A stretch of 64,000 nucleotides of DNA from Flectonema sp. DT1601 (lineage: Eukaryota). The DNA lies in the NCBI GenBank assembly GCA_964019425.1, contig OZ025781.1, forward strand, positions 930,001 to 994,000, in the 5' to 3' direction. Below, piece by piece: positions 43,201 through 55,878 of this stretch. The notes under the pieces were generated by a model that was not told where the DNA came from, did no database searches, and saw only the letters and a list, made by a program, of their open reading frames with translations. Both the position numbers and the translations under genes were made by a program. How positions within the stretch are numbered: the first letter of the stretch is position 1; each line of letters begins with the position of its first letter.

Positions 43201-43298
43201 ACTGATCCTGTTACAGAACCAACTGCTCTGTAAGGCAGCAACACGTGATCATGTGTTGAACTCTTCTGCCGTTTGACTACGGGACCGTCGCTTGCCAT
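40213..43298 (-). CDS. UTP21: U3 snoRNA-associated protein 21 (WDR36), 3 exons
   Basis: Exon 1 PYRAVG..AVGR; GT-AG introns 43057-43143 and 42925-42989; WD40 repeats; RERRGH; Utp21 C-terminal motif IKKRNAPIAPPKKIDAPFFL. Confidence 0.92.
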
Positions 43299-44007
43299 GT
43301 TCCGGATCGGCAGGGTTGCCTTCCCTTAGAAAATAAAGTTATGAATTTATTAAAGTGACCTTACACTAAAACCTATATTCGTTATCACAATCTAAACATA
43401 ATAAAACACCTGTTTGATAATTGATATATTTAATACTCCAACATCATATCAAAGAACTGACTAACATGTTTAGTCAAAATCCAACAACACACGAACCAGT
43501 CACTCGTCCGCAACGCGGCTCAACTCGGAGCTGTGAGAAATGGAAGGTCAGTTGAGGCAAACGTGGCTGCCGCGAGAGCGACTGCGGCCGGGCGGATGCT
43601 GCGAACGCCAGGGCAGGCGAGAGGGCTGCGGCGACACTGGAAGGGACGACTGCGGCTGCGCTGTCGAGAGACAGGGCTGCTGGAATCGCTCTCGAAAAGT
43701 AAGTTTTGTAGTTGGGGCTCACAGAAAACTGATTCAACAGATTCCTTGCTCCCGATTACCTCAGGAATTATACCACGAGATGTATGGGATGAGGAGATAC
43801 GATGGTATAATCCCAATTAGGATTTTTATTATTAAATCTTCGAAAAGAGACACGAATCGGTCTCGCTTTTCTCGACGTTTCGTGGGTACGCTCAAAATAC
43901 TTTCTTTCCGTTCTCTCTCTGCAGATACATTTCACAGCTCTTTGAGCACTCGTCCACATTACTTCATCTTCACACAAGTTATCTCACGATTGCCTTATAA
44001 GACACAG

Positions 44008-45601
44008 CTACTTACAAAGTTTGCAAGTTTTCTGACAAAATGACTTCATACCACTCTTGTTTTTAATGCACTCACCCGCAAGTGCCCAGTCAGGACACTT
44101 ATTGGGATATAAATCCTTACATCCTTCTGGTATTGGGTTTACGTCACCTTCTTCTCCATAGTTTGGCGGGACGGACATTTTTGCGACTCCCTGATGCCAC
44201 CATTCAGAAGGATCGATGTCATGAATGACTGCTAGTTCCTTCCATTTATCATCGTAAGGACCTCTACCTGCCCCGTAAGTAACACACCAGTGATCAGTAA
44301 ATGATTGGTGGTTTTGAAGTACTGGATCTAACCTTGAGAACTTCCAATATTGCCACAAAGATCTTTCCTTTCCTAAGCCATACTTTGGGAGTCCTATCGA
44401 CAGGTCGGAATCGGTTGTGTTGATGTCAATTAGTCGAGAACCTGGTTGTCCCGGTTTGGTAATCCCTAATATGTGTTGGATTCTTCTATGAGCTATGTGT
44501 TGGAAATGAGACACTTTCACTCCGTGAGTCTCCATGCGGGGTCCCCTTCTACCATATCTATGATACAATACATTAACACTTGGTGAGTATAAGTCATAGC
44601 CACTAGTCCACAATCGTATTCCAAGAAGTGATTCTTCTCCAAAAAAGAGATACGGCAAGTGGGGATCGAAAGGAACGTCCAATACCTGAATTAGTTTAGT
44701 TATTTTTGTAATTTTCAAACCCGCAAACCCACTTAAAGAAATAAATAACAGAAATACAAACCATACGACCAGGTCCAAAGACGAGTCCAGCACCCAAGTA
44801 TGGCTGAGGTTTTGGGTAGCTTGCACCAACGTAAGTATTCGCCCAGAATGGTCCTGGAAACCCTGCGGTCCAGCCACCATTCTTACCAAGGGCACAGAGA
44901 TAAGCGATTGCAGGAGTTTCTTTTGTTTCATCTTTTTCGTTGATGGCTTGCGGGTATGTTGTTAGAACTGATTTCATGTTACCAGTCTTGTCGTGTTCGT
45001 CAATAATAACTTCATCCCAATTACTAACAAATCTATTATGAGAGTCAATCATCATAAAGTAATCCTCACCTCTATAAAGAAGAGACGCTAAATGCCTTGC
45101 GTAAGTTGGACCTTTCGCATATTCTGATCTAAACGTACGAGATCTGATGTTGTCACTTGGACACCACGATTGTGTTCCACAAGTTTCATCCCATGAAAAG
45201 TGTGGAAGACAGATCTCTTTTTCTTTATTAGGATCAGCCTGACATATTAATCCAACAAAAACCCTTTCAGGTACAGCAGCCTTGGCGAATAGACTATGGA
45301 GAGTAATGTTTGCCTCAACATCTCGAAAAGCCGCGATCGATACGAATATACTTTTAGCTATTGGACTACCCTCAGGGTCACCCTTTGCTTTAGATATAAA
45401 CTCGCCTTGATTATCAGTGAATCCAATTGTTACATTATTAGCATTGTTTTTATTGCATTCAAAGTGTCGGGATACTTTAATATGATGACCAGGTCTCCAC
45501 AAGTCTCTCTTAGACATCGAAACTACCTGCCAGGAAATGAGCAGCGCAGTGAGCGCTAACCCTGCGAATAGTATCTTGCTCATGGGGGTCATTTTCTTCA
45601 T
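44008..45601 (-). CDS. GlcNAc-transferase (Gnt1/OGNT-like) with signal anchor and C-terminal ShKT domain, 2 exons
   Basis: IFVSIAAFRD, AKGPTYARH, MIDSHNRF, VPFDPHLPYLFFGEE..RLWTSGYD; intron 44686-44761; ShKT C.D...CPDWALAGEC..MKSFCQKTCKLC. Confidence 0.88.
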
Positions 45602-45655
45602 TTTTTTTTTTTTTTTTCCCTTAATTCACAACCCCCAACTGATAAGCGAAAAGAA

Positions 45656-45828
<173 letters not shown>

Positions 45829-46054
45829 TTTTTTTTTTTTTGAAAGAAGAAAAATAATCAAAAAAAAGTACCCATCCAACATTTCCATTTTTCACATTTG
45901 AACCTGTCTTACAAATTACTAAAAAGTACACAAAACAACACATCTCCAGCGGGCTATACTTTTAAAGCGTCCCCGATTTGTTAGTTGGGAGGGTTAAATG
46001 GGAAGGAAACACTTTCTTATGTTAGGAAGCGTACAAGCAACGCTTACACACTAG

Positions 46055-46248
46055 TATTAATGCAAGGGTAATTACTGTAGTGTGACGCTACATAATTATG
46101 TCCACACACACTGCATGTGTCAAGGCAACTACTGCAAGCACAAGCATGGCGCGCAGTACACCCTCTAAATTACGTAATTAGTTTTCTCAAAATTAGAAAT
46201 AGTACAAACTGGGGGGCTAATTAAGCACACTGTTGCCTTGCATTAATA
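46055..46248. repeat. 13-bp inverted repeats bounding 194 bp (MITE-like)
   Basis: tattaatgcaagg (46055-46067) and ccttgcattaata (46236-46248). Confidence 0.45.
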
Positions 46249-46547
46249 AGTACCTTAAAGGACATCATAAAGATGTTGTTGCTCACTGGGGCTTATTCAA
46301 TAAATAGAAAGAAGAAAAAAAGGTAAAAAAAAGTAGAAAATATAAAATAAACAAAAACTCTATTTTCTTAAAAAAAAATTAAAAAAAGGAGCACTCGCCA
46401 TGTCCGAACCTAAAACACTGCTGACTTTCTCACAGCGCTCCGATTACGGCGGTGTAGCAAACAACACCAACATCGGTTTGTTTCTTCCACCGTAAGCTCT
46501 TTAACAGAGTGCAACATATTCTCTATCTAGAAAGGTGATGAGAAATC

Positions 46548-47908
46548 TCACTTTTCAGCTACTCTAGCAAGTCTCTGCACGCGGTTCAACAGTAGATCAC
46601 CCTCCTTGAGGAACTGTTTGTTTTATCATTTTTAATCTCATCTTGTATAGTTGTTGTAGATTGTAATTTTGACATTAATAAAAACAAACCTGTTGGTACT
46701 GAAAGCTTCTGCTGTCAGTTTGTGCAGTCTCAACACTGCCACTCACCTTGTCTACCTTCGCGGATAATCTTCCTGAAGCGATGAAAACACTCAATTGGTC
46801 GTCTAGTAGATCAATTGGCTGTTGGGAAGTTATTTAACAAAACTTTCAAAGGGATACGAAACCCTTCATTAACATAAAAAACAGATTGATCACATACGAT
46901 AGCGAAGGCCTCAGCCATTGAGCGAAGTGTCACAGAACGGTAACTCTGAAGAAATTGTTTAAATGCGAGTAATCTCATTTCTCTGTAAAAGTAGTTAACG
47001 TGGGAGGCGGTGTAAACGTGCTGCTGCATAGTCTGACAGATTTCTCCAAGAGATGAAAAGAATTCATCATACTTACAGTCATATAATGAACTAATAAATC
47101 TCTTCAAGTGTGGAAGCTGTGGAAATACTTGAAGGACTTCTGATGCTTCAAGGACCTTCTTTTTTAACATTGGTCGGTCCAAGGTGACGATGGCAGTGAT
47201 GGAAGTGTACAAAACAAAGTTTTTATACTCAACGAGCTCTCCACTGGAAAAAGCGCAAAGGGACTCGAGTAGAATGTCAGCTCCTTTTTTAAATTGTCTT
47301 TTTGACGCTAAATAGACACCTTCGTACACCTTCAACCTGTTACGACGTTCCCAATCACCTTCAAGGATTAGTAGTTCATGGGCGTCGTCAATTCCCTGTT
47401 GGATTTGAGATGGGTCGTTAAATGCGAACCCAAGTCTAATTCTCTGAAAGGCTAAATCTAATTTTGGACCTAATCCAACCTTACCAGTCTCCAATGCTTG
47501 GTTGTTATACTTCAGGCAGAGTTCTCTGTCTCCAATTCTAGCACAGTAATTCGCTTTTTCAATAATGATCTCACGAACTTCAGTCTCTCCGTAGTTTTCC
47601 TCCGCGTCTTTGATCTGTTCGTCAAATTCGGAGAATTTTTTGTTGTTTGCGTCCTTCATTTTCTTCATCTTCACTTCATCAATTGGCCACATGAAACTCT
47701 CATGTAAGAACTGGTAATAAGGAGCCATATCGAAATCCTCAATTTCCTTTAAAATGTCTCTCTGAATCGTTTCTTTATCCGCAAAGAACTCAGCCTCTGA
47801 TGTGTATTCAAATCGCTTTTGTAAAAGAACGAGAAGCGGATCGACCGAAACGGGAACTTCCTCCTGCACTTCTTCACCTGCCTCCTTTTCAATGTCGTCG
47901 ATGTGCAT
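46548..47908 (-). CDS. RPN7: 26S proteasome regulatory subunit Rpn7 (PSMD6), 3 exons
   Basis: MAPYY, EGDWERRNRLKVYEG, REMRLLAFKQFLQSYRSVTL. Introns 46819-46897 and 46614-46689 restore FIASGRL..KVDKV..EGDLLLNRVQRL. Confidence 0.95.
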
Positions 47909-48746
47909 TTTATTTAAACCTGTCTGATGGATGGTATTTATAGAGAACAGAGACTTCACACTATTGGTTAAGTATTTTCAATAGTTAATAATCAATACAC
48001 CAAACGAACATTGCTCTGTCTAATGAATAATAATAACAACATTGCCACTCCAGTGCAAGGTAAAGTAAAGATTAATTCTTTTTCTTTCTTTCCTTATTTT
48101 CTTTTTTTCATTCGTTTTCCTTTTCGTTCCCAAATGACATGTGCGTTTTTTTTTTTTTTTTTTTTTTTTTTCCCCCCCGCTTGCTGCTTTTTTTTTTTTT
48201 TTTGCTAGCCCCCCCTGTTTTCCAGTATTAAACTGCTAAAAGAGGGAACGCGCATCGTTAATTGCAAAGATGATGATCCTTCTTAGAAAACAAAAAAAAA
48301 AAAAAAAAGGGGGAAAAAACTTTTCGTAATCTCCCTTTTTTTTTCATCATTTTAATGTTATTCAAGGTGAGAACCTTCGAGAAAGCTACAGAGACCTGAG
48401 TAAAGTGACTTTTTTTTTTTTTTTTTTTTTTGATCACTTTTCGCCAAAGTCGTAGTGTAGTAGCTTCTATAAACGGGGGGTGAAAACCGAAAAAAAAAAA
48501 AAAAAAAAAAAGATAAAATAAATAACAAAAAATAACTCAGACGCGCAGCTTTCCACAGAAGAGATGATTTTAGGATATCAATTAGCAGTTTAATATAATT
48601 TACTTGAGCGCGATCAAATAGTATTATTGGTTTATATTGTGAATAAAGACAGTCTTCACTGATAAAGTAACTCTCAATACGGAAGTCGCTACTACTGTCA
48701 TTAAGGTAAAGCTATTGGTCCATACGATAAATTAATAAAATGTACA

Positions 48747-48783
<37 letters not shown>

Positions 48784-48856
48784 ATAATATTCTCCCCATC
48801 AGTGTTAACGCTGGTTGGAGAAAAAATATGTTCTTTTCCCCCATCCCCCATCCCCC

Positions 48857-48896
<40 letters not shown>

Positions 48897-49261
48897 AGAG
48901 AGCTTCTTGTTCTACCTTCTTATGAATAAGTGAGCACACAAAAAGAGAAAAAAAAATAAGAATAATAGAATACTTAAGAAACAATTAGCAACTTGAATAA
49001 AAAAAACAGCGATACCATTCATCGTGTCATCGCTTTACTATAAAAAGACAAACGAGTGAAAACGGGAAATGGTTATCCCCTTTCACAACTATACATTTAA
49101 AAAGGTTTCTAACCCTACTCAGTAGTCACAACCAGTGTTAAGGAAAGGAGTGCGTGAGATATTTTGTTGTACTGATGAACAAAACAAAAAAAAGAAAATC
49201 ATCATCAATATGAAACCCCCTCCGTTAAGTAATTGTCAGCTGTCCAATCATTCTGTTACGA

Positions 49262-51354
49262 TCATCTTTCTAACTTATTCTTTACTAATCTAGCTCTTTT
49301 TGCTTCAATATTTAAAGCAAAAGTATGCTGATGATATAAATAAAGCGGATCCATACTAGTTGATATACACGTTATTCCTAAGGCACGACAGGTAGCATAA
49401 ACAAATGTCTCAAGCTGTGTTTTTTTTTTTTTTTTTTTCTTTTTTTTTTAAACAGATATAAATATTTAACAGCAAGAGAGACATACCTCTTTAGATAACC
49501 AACTCGTAGAACCATCAAGAAGTGCGTATGCCGGTAGATGATAATACATTCTGGTAATATTTATACATTGTTTTTGGTGAGGAGAGAAGCATTCCAACCA
49601 ACACTCTCGATCATTTAGACTCCAAGTTCCAAGGATGGTCTGTTTGTTGTTTTTTTATGAAATCACACACTAAAAACATCGTCTCAAGAAGAAGAAAAAA
49701 ACAAACAAACCTGTTTATGATCAGTTAAGCATAGTAGTTTAGCCAGATGTTCATCAGTGAATCCAAGACTTCTCGACTCCTCAATAGAATGTGGATAGAT
49801 TAACTGCTCACGTAGAGTACCATCAACAAAATGTGGAGATTCAGATAGATAATAAAGTCTCTCTTGAGGAGGAGTCACAATAGAAGAAAGAGCAACTGGC
49901 CACATGCCTCCCAACGCACGAAGAATTGCCGTCTTTCCAGACCCTCGTCGACCAGTAATGAGTAAATTCTGAAGTGGTTGAACAACAAAAGAAACACCAG
50001 CAATAAGAAGTTCTCCAGTTGGAGTAATAATATCAACATTACGAAACTCAATGTGACGTTTTTCAGTTGGGCTACGTTGGTTAGGCGTCGCCTCACTTCG
50101 TTTCTTAATCCACATCTTCGCCCAATCCGATGCGTATTCTGGAGCTAAGAAATCCCCGTCACCAACATGTGGTGAGGCAGGTACTTCCTCTGTGTGCTTT
50201 GTAACTTCTTTTAAATTATCGATGAGTTCACTTACTCGTCTGGTACTTCCCTCAATTGATGCAAGAAGAGTAAAGCTGTCTTCAAGTTCACATATTCCTC
50301 GATTCAGTTCCGTTAAAGTTTTTAAAATAATAATATATTCCCTCATCATAACTGTTGAAGTCTTGTGTCTAACTCTTCTGAGTCCAAGTAAATGAGGTGA
50401 CAACAGAACACCATAACCTGCAACGGATGCTCCATATTTTGATACCAATGTATCAAAAGCCGTGATCACAGCACTTTTAGTCCTATTTTGCCAACTTTGT
50501 TTTGTCGCTTTATCAAGCAACTCAGTGATCACTCGACTATCAGTATCAACTCCGTTATTAAAAGCAATCTCATCAGCGTTCGATAAAAGAGATGCATGTG
50601 CTGCTGCATGTCTTTTTTCATAGTCCGCCTGTACATTAATTGCATGCTTCACAGGCTTTAACATTAACGATATTTGATGCCTTAATAAGAAATATATCCA
50701 AATTATGACGGGTCCTTGCCATCCAACTGTTCTTCTTAGTCCGTCAGTGTAGACAACGATGTCGATGACTGGTTTTATTAATTTACTGAGGATGTTGGCG
50801 ACCTCACCTGAGTACTCGTCAACGCTCTCGGTTATTACGTTTTGAGGATCTTTAACTCCGTAGAAGTGTTTTATTTTATAGAAATTGGTATCTCTTAAAT
50901 ACATGTTATTAATATGACTACTTAAATTCTTCCTCATTGATATCGAGAGAGCATCCTGTACGTATCGAAGAGCTGCGTTCACCAACGCTGCCGGTATCGA
51001 TAAAATTAAAAATTTCGTTAAACTCCTATTCAAAGAATTCCATCTTCTCAAAACAAAATGAGTTGCTGTAAGAGCTCCGAGGTTAACATTTACAATACTA
51101 AGTGAAGTTCTTAGTAATAATAAAACAGTTAGACCCATCACGTACAAAGATTCTTTACTACCCTTAGGAATACATATTGCGTACAATCTACAAAACCTTC
51201 TCAAAAATTCCAAACTATTCCGCTGCCTTGTCTCAGGATTCTGTCGATTAGGAATATCAGATGAAAGAGAATAGAGCTTCAGTCCTATAAACAAGCTTGT
51301 GAATCCAATAAACAACCGTGCCGGTGGGGTACTAGTCACGGATGGAATCGACAT
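49262..51354 (-). CDS. Peroxisomal ABCD-type half transporter with degenerate NBD, 3 exons
   Basis: EAA-like NADEIAFNNG, Walker A GRRGSGKT, GTLREQLIYP. Introns 49640-49710 and 49415-49486 give ..FSPHQKQ..ALLDGSTS..GITCISTSMD.. Confidence 0.85.
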
Positions 51355-51810
51355 TATGGTTGCCCGTGCGGGAGGGCTCCTAAAAGGAATAAAGTAGTAA
51401 TTAACATTGAGAGAACTTTATACACTTTTCAAAATTCGATATTTATTTTAACCTGTTTTGCATAGAATGAGAACAATAATATTACATCGATTGTTTTGGA
51501 TACTTTTCACTGCAAGTTTGAGCAACGGAAAAAAAAAAAAAAAAGAGAAAAAATTTTGAATAAGACAAAACCTGACCAAAAAGTAAAGTCTACCACCACT
51601 TTCTGAAAAAAACTGTATTGCTGAGATTCTTTTCAGAACCTGCATCACACAACACAAGTTGTAATGTTATAAAGTGCTAAAAAAAGGGTTAAAAAAGTAT
51701 ACTTTTAAACTAATCTCGGTATCTATTCTTGAAGGGAATGCGAACTAAAGCAGACTCAGATTTTTTCTTCCTCCAAACAGAATGCCTTCATATACTCTCA
51801 GAGTTTTGTT

Positions 51811-52404
51811 TTAACTTGTCGCGCCGAGTAGCCACTGCATTGCGTCTTCCAGTTGCCAATTGAGATCATTTGTTGGAAGAGAGAAGTCGATATCTTTGAC
51901 GGACCACTTCCGTTCAATAATTGGTGAGAATGATGAGAAGGCTGATAGTGGAAGGGATTGAATCGGAGAGTTCGATGTCATTAAAATTAAAAGAGGTGAT
52001 TTGTGATCAGATGAGTTGAGACGAGACACCATCTCTGACCATATCATCGGAAGACGAAGAGGATCATTCTTCGAGATTACATAACAAATACCCTTCGCGT
52101 TGTTACATACTTCCGTCCAATACTCACGAAGGCTTGCTACACCACTTCCAATCCATAAATCTAATGTACTACCTCCTAATTCTTTATCAACTCTTACCCA
52201 TGGAACTCTCTTCGATGCCGTTGTCAGTATTTTATCCTCTTCTTTTAACAAGCCAGCTATTCTGCTTTTTCCCGCACCATCGAGTCCTAATACGGCAATT
52301 TTAATACTATTTTGCAATACTGGTGACTTGTCAGCTTCAATAACAGCTTCCCAGGCATTGATTTTAGGCTTTAATTTCGCTTCTTTCGTTTGACCACCTC
52401 CCAT
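51811..52404 (-). CDS. ARF/ARL-like small GTPase, divergent
   Basis: MGGGQT myristoylation motif, GLDGAGKS P-loop, LREYW..Y.I...D..R; G3 and G4 degenerate. Confidence 0.75.
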   Translation of the reverse strand: MGGGQTKEAKLKPKINAWEAVIEADKSPVLQNSIKIAVLGLDGAGKSRIAGLLKEEDKILTTASKRVPWVRVDKELGGSTLDLWIGSGVASLREYWTEVCNNAKGICYVISKNDPLRLPMIWSEMVSRLNSSDHKSPLLILMTSNSPIQSLPLSAFSSFSPIIERKWSVKDIDFSLPTNDLNWQLEDAMQWLLGATS

Positions 52405-52718
52405 ATTTACTTACCTGACTGTGTTGGTAATTATATAATTTGCATTAACAATAAAAAAAAACCTTTTTTTTTTTTTTTTTTTTTGAATAAATTCTTTAAG
52501 TCGGATTGCAGAAGAAGAGAGAATAAACAATCTTTTTTTTTTTTTGAGGACTTTTTGTTCTCTCTTTTTTTTTTTTTAGAACAATAAAAAAACGTATTGA
52601 GGCATTCAAAATCGTCTTAACTCAACTCCTTTTTCTTTCAAATAGGGTTAAGTAGGTTAGTTGTGTTAAAAACTCTGATAAAAGAGTTGCAGCTAGTAAT
52701 CGGTCAGAACTAAGAGTA

Positions 52719-53108
52719 TTACTTTGTTGTTGGTTCGCTATACTTACTAGCAAATAATCTGAAAAGATAATTCACAACCGTTGGAGGTGTCAATGAATGT
52801 AACACAACAGCAACAGCGAATCCAATTTCATACTGCGTCAGGTCATCAGCGGTGGGACAGAATATGTTTCTTTTAATAAGTCGGAGTTCTAACTTGCTGA
52901 CAGCATACATATTTAACATTACTCTAATTGGTGTTGTTACTCCACCTATTACAGCTCCAATGTAAGCTGATACCGCTGCTTTGATCAGCTTTACCTCGTC
53001 TGGTATCACAAACCAGGTTGAGAGCATTTCTTCTAATTGAGACCCACCAATTAATAGTCCAATTGTTGCGAAGTACCCCCTGTCGACATATGCTCGTTGG
53101 AAGTACAT
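52719..53108 (-). CDS. Hypothetical membrane protein (a 5' exon may be missing)
   Basis: 129-aa hydrophobic ORF on the gene strand, AG acceptor at about 53116. Confidence 0.45.
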   Translation of the reverse strand: MYFQRAYVDRGYFATIGLLIGGSQLEEMLSTWFVIPDEVKLIKAAVSAYIGAVIGGVTTPIRVMLNMYAVSKLELRLIKRNIFCPTADDLTQYEIGFAVAVVLHSLTPPTVVNYLFRLFASKYSEPTTK

Positions 53109-53487
53109 CCCATTCCTGAATTGGGAAAATAATTAATCGAAACTCAGGTTGTTATTTCAACGGAATAACTGTTCTCGTATTGCGTGTGTTGTGTGTCCTG
53201 TTTGTAGTAAAAGAGTAAAGACAAAGTACGAACATTTCCAACTCAACTCTCCCTTTAGAATAGGAAATGAAGTTGTTGCTGATTTCCTCGCAGTTGGAGA
53301 GATGACGGCAACTTGTAATCGCCGACAGCTCAGATTCCCAACAAAGAGAGGCGGCCTATGAACCGTAGCAAACTTCGTTACTTTCACAAAATGATTTGAT
53401 ATAAATTATTTATCAATTTTATATAATCCCTTCACATCAACCAAACTATTCACAATATGATGAAGATGAAGATGAATATTAATTTAA

Positions 53488-55113
53488 CTAATTGAAGGTT
53501 TCGAGGGACCCAAACAGTTCGCTCACTTCAGTAACGTCGACACCAAACGACTGCAACACTTCAGAAATATGATTCTCAAGATGTGGTGAATGATATCTAA
53601 CAAACAGAAGTGAGAGTGCAATAAGAGATCTATGACTGAGTGTGAGGACTGTACTTTTAGGCTGCAATGTTTCATACACTTGTTGAAGCCATGCCATTAA
53701 CTCTGTAGACGGAACAGAAAATTTCGGTAGCAACATAATAACATCGGAAGTTATTGACTCAAGCTGTTGTATTGCGAAGGTACGCATTGTGTTGATGTCT
53801 TGTTCAGTCCCTGAATTTATTCCCATGGTGGTTTCATTTTCTTGTTTTTCAGCAGCATCGTTTTCTTCTTCAGTAACTTGCATGGGATAATCGTATTTTG
53901 GATTGTTGTAGTCTTTTGTTGGTTCCGAAGTGCTAATAATGACCTCCTTATTCTTAAGTCTTGTTGATGTTGTTGGACCGCACCATTCTGATACAGCTTC
54001 TGTTACTTGACAATAGACAGGGAGGTTGCTTAGCATAACGTCTAATCCATTTTTAAGATATTCCATCCCGTCATCATACTCATTGCTGTACTCACTTTCA
54101 TATTCGCTTTCCTCTTCTTCTTCCTCTTCTTCTGAATCTTCTTCAACATTCTTTGAGGTTGAGTCAGTCTGGGTGTCGCTCTGTTCTTGTTTCGCAGCAT
54201 CAAATTGCTTCCACAAGTCGGCTTCATTAACTTCTTTAGTCTCTTTATTTACAATTCTTTTTTTAATTTCTTTCTTTAGATCTGGTTGTTGCTTTAAGTT
54301 ACCTCTTGTTATTTCAGTTTTTTTCTCCTGTTTTGACGTCTGTTTGGAGTCAGAGTTAGCAGAAACAGTCGCCTGGACAGGTTTTGGATTCGGTTGGCTG
54401 TTCTTAACAATAATACCAACGGGAGCGGCGGCTACTATTTTCTTTTTTTTGTCCAAATCGGATTGTGTTATCGTAATTAAATTATTTATGTCTTTCAGAT
54501 CAGAAAGTGATAATTGAGGAAATAATCTTAATAAGACTGGTACAGTCTTATAATGCGTCACATAAATATTAGAATTCGTTAGTTGAGAATCGTATTTTGT
54601 CGAAGCTCGGTGGCATTCCATCCCACAGAAAAGCTTTTCTTCAGTCGTCTCGTAGATGCGTTGATCTTTTAGAGAAACTCGATAGGTTTTTTCTTCTAAG
54701 TCAAAATTCTTAATTTTATCTCTGCACATCGGGTATCCACATTGTAGTGTTGCTGCTCTTTCTTCAACGACTGCAGCGTATTTCTGAGTGTCCAACAAAC
54801 CTTTTATTAGTTCCATGAAGCCTTCTGTTACTCCCTGACCTTGTAATCTATTCTGAACTCTCATTACTGCTTGGTCAACAAATGTTTCCCAAGAGACTCG
54901 AGGATCAGATCTTCTAGGGGGAGGTTTTGCTGTTGAAGTGTTGGTATTTTTACTTTGTTTTAATATTCCTGTAGACGGTTGTTTTGTTTGTTCCTTCTCT
55001 CCATCGAAAGTCACAGTCTTCCTTCCTGGTTTCTTCTTCTTTACTAAAGTGTTCTGTAGTTGTGCAGTGACATCGAGACCTAGTTCTCGGGCGATGTATC
55101 CTCTTCCAGCCAT
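53488..55113 (-). CDS. RPAP2: RNA polymerase II-associated protein RPAP2/Rtr1
   Basis: VVEERA..CGYPMC..YRVSLK..IYE..FCGMECHRAS Rtr1-type zinc finger. Confidence 0.88.
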   Translation of the reverse strand: MAGRGYIARELGLDVTAQLQNTLVKKKKPGRKTVTFDGEKEQTKQPSTGILKQSKNTNTSTAKPPPRRSDPRVSWETFVDQAVMRVQNRLQGQGVTEGFMELIKGLLDTQKYAAVVEERAATLQCGYPMCRDKIKNFDLEEKTYRVSLKDQRIYETTEEKLFCGMECHRASTKYDSQLTNSNIYVTHYKTVPVLLRLFPQLSLSDLKDINNLITITQSDLDKKKKIVAAAPVGIIVKNSQPNPKPVQATVSANSDSKQTSKQEKKTEITRGNLKQQPDLKKEIKKRIVNKETKEVNEADLWKQFDAAKQEQSDTQTDSTSKNVEEDSEEEEEEEESEYESEYSNEYDDGMEYLKNGLDVMLSNLPVYCQVTEAVSEWCGPTTSTRLKNKEVIISTSEPTKDYNNPKYDYPMQVTEEENDAAEKQENETTMGINSGTEQDINTMRTFAIQQLESITSDVIMLLPKFSVPSTELMAWLQQVYETLQPKSTVLTLSHRSLIALSLLFVRYHSPHLENHISEVLQSFGVDVTEVSELFGSLETFN

Positions 55114-55878
55114 GTGATAACACCTATTAGAGAACAGAGATGAAATGAGATAAATACCGTTACAGTTCTCTTATTAATATTCAAAGTAACATACTCATGT
55201 CGTATTGTTTATAAGCTGTGGAGACAAACCTTTTTTAATGCAATTGAGTGCCTACAGAAACAGAAAGCAGTAAAAATAATACATCAGGACTGTGAAAAGT
55301 CCATTAGCCATATACACTATTTTTCTTTGGCCGTCGTCGGAAAAATAAAAAAAAAATTAAAAAAAAATTGAATAAAATAAAAAAGCTACGAATATTGAAT
55401 GACAACTGAAATAGACAAATCTTATGAACACTTTTTGTGGTACTAAATTTTCTTTTTTTTTTTTTTTTTTTTTTTTCCCTCCCCTTTTTTTCCCCGACAA
55501 AAAAGAGAACATTTAAAAAAAAAAATTATACTAAAAAAAAAACAACACTAACAGATAAAGACTGGCAATATAATTGCACATTCTCTCGTGGTAGTAACCG
55601 CCGGTGCGACTCGTTATTTTTTGCTGAAGCAAAAAAACTATTAGTGCAATGCGTTCTTTTTTTCGTGGTAGGTATAAATAAGACGACTCGTTAAAAATCG
55701 CAAGCTACCTACCTGATATAACATGACTGTCAGTACACAGTACACAGTCTAAAGGTTAACATCATTAAGGTGTGTTAAATACATCCCTCTTTGGATCACG
55801 ATAAATCCATTCCAGTAAACAATATGATTAACATGAGTGTCTACCGTGTTAATGAGCAAGTGACACATTCGAGTCAGT

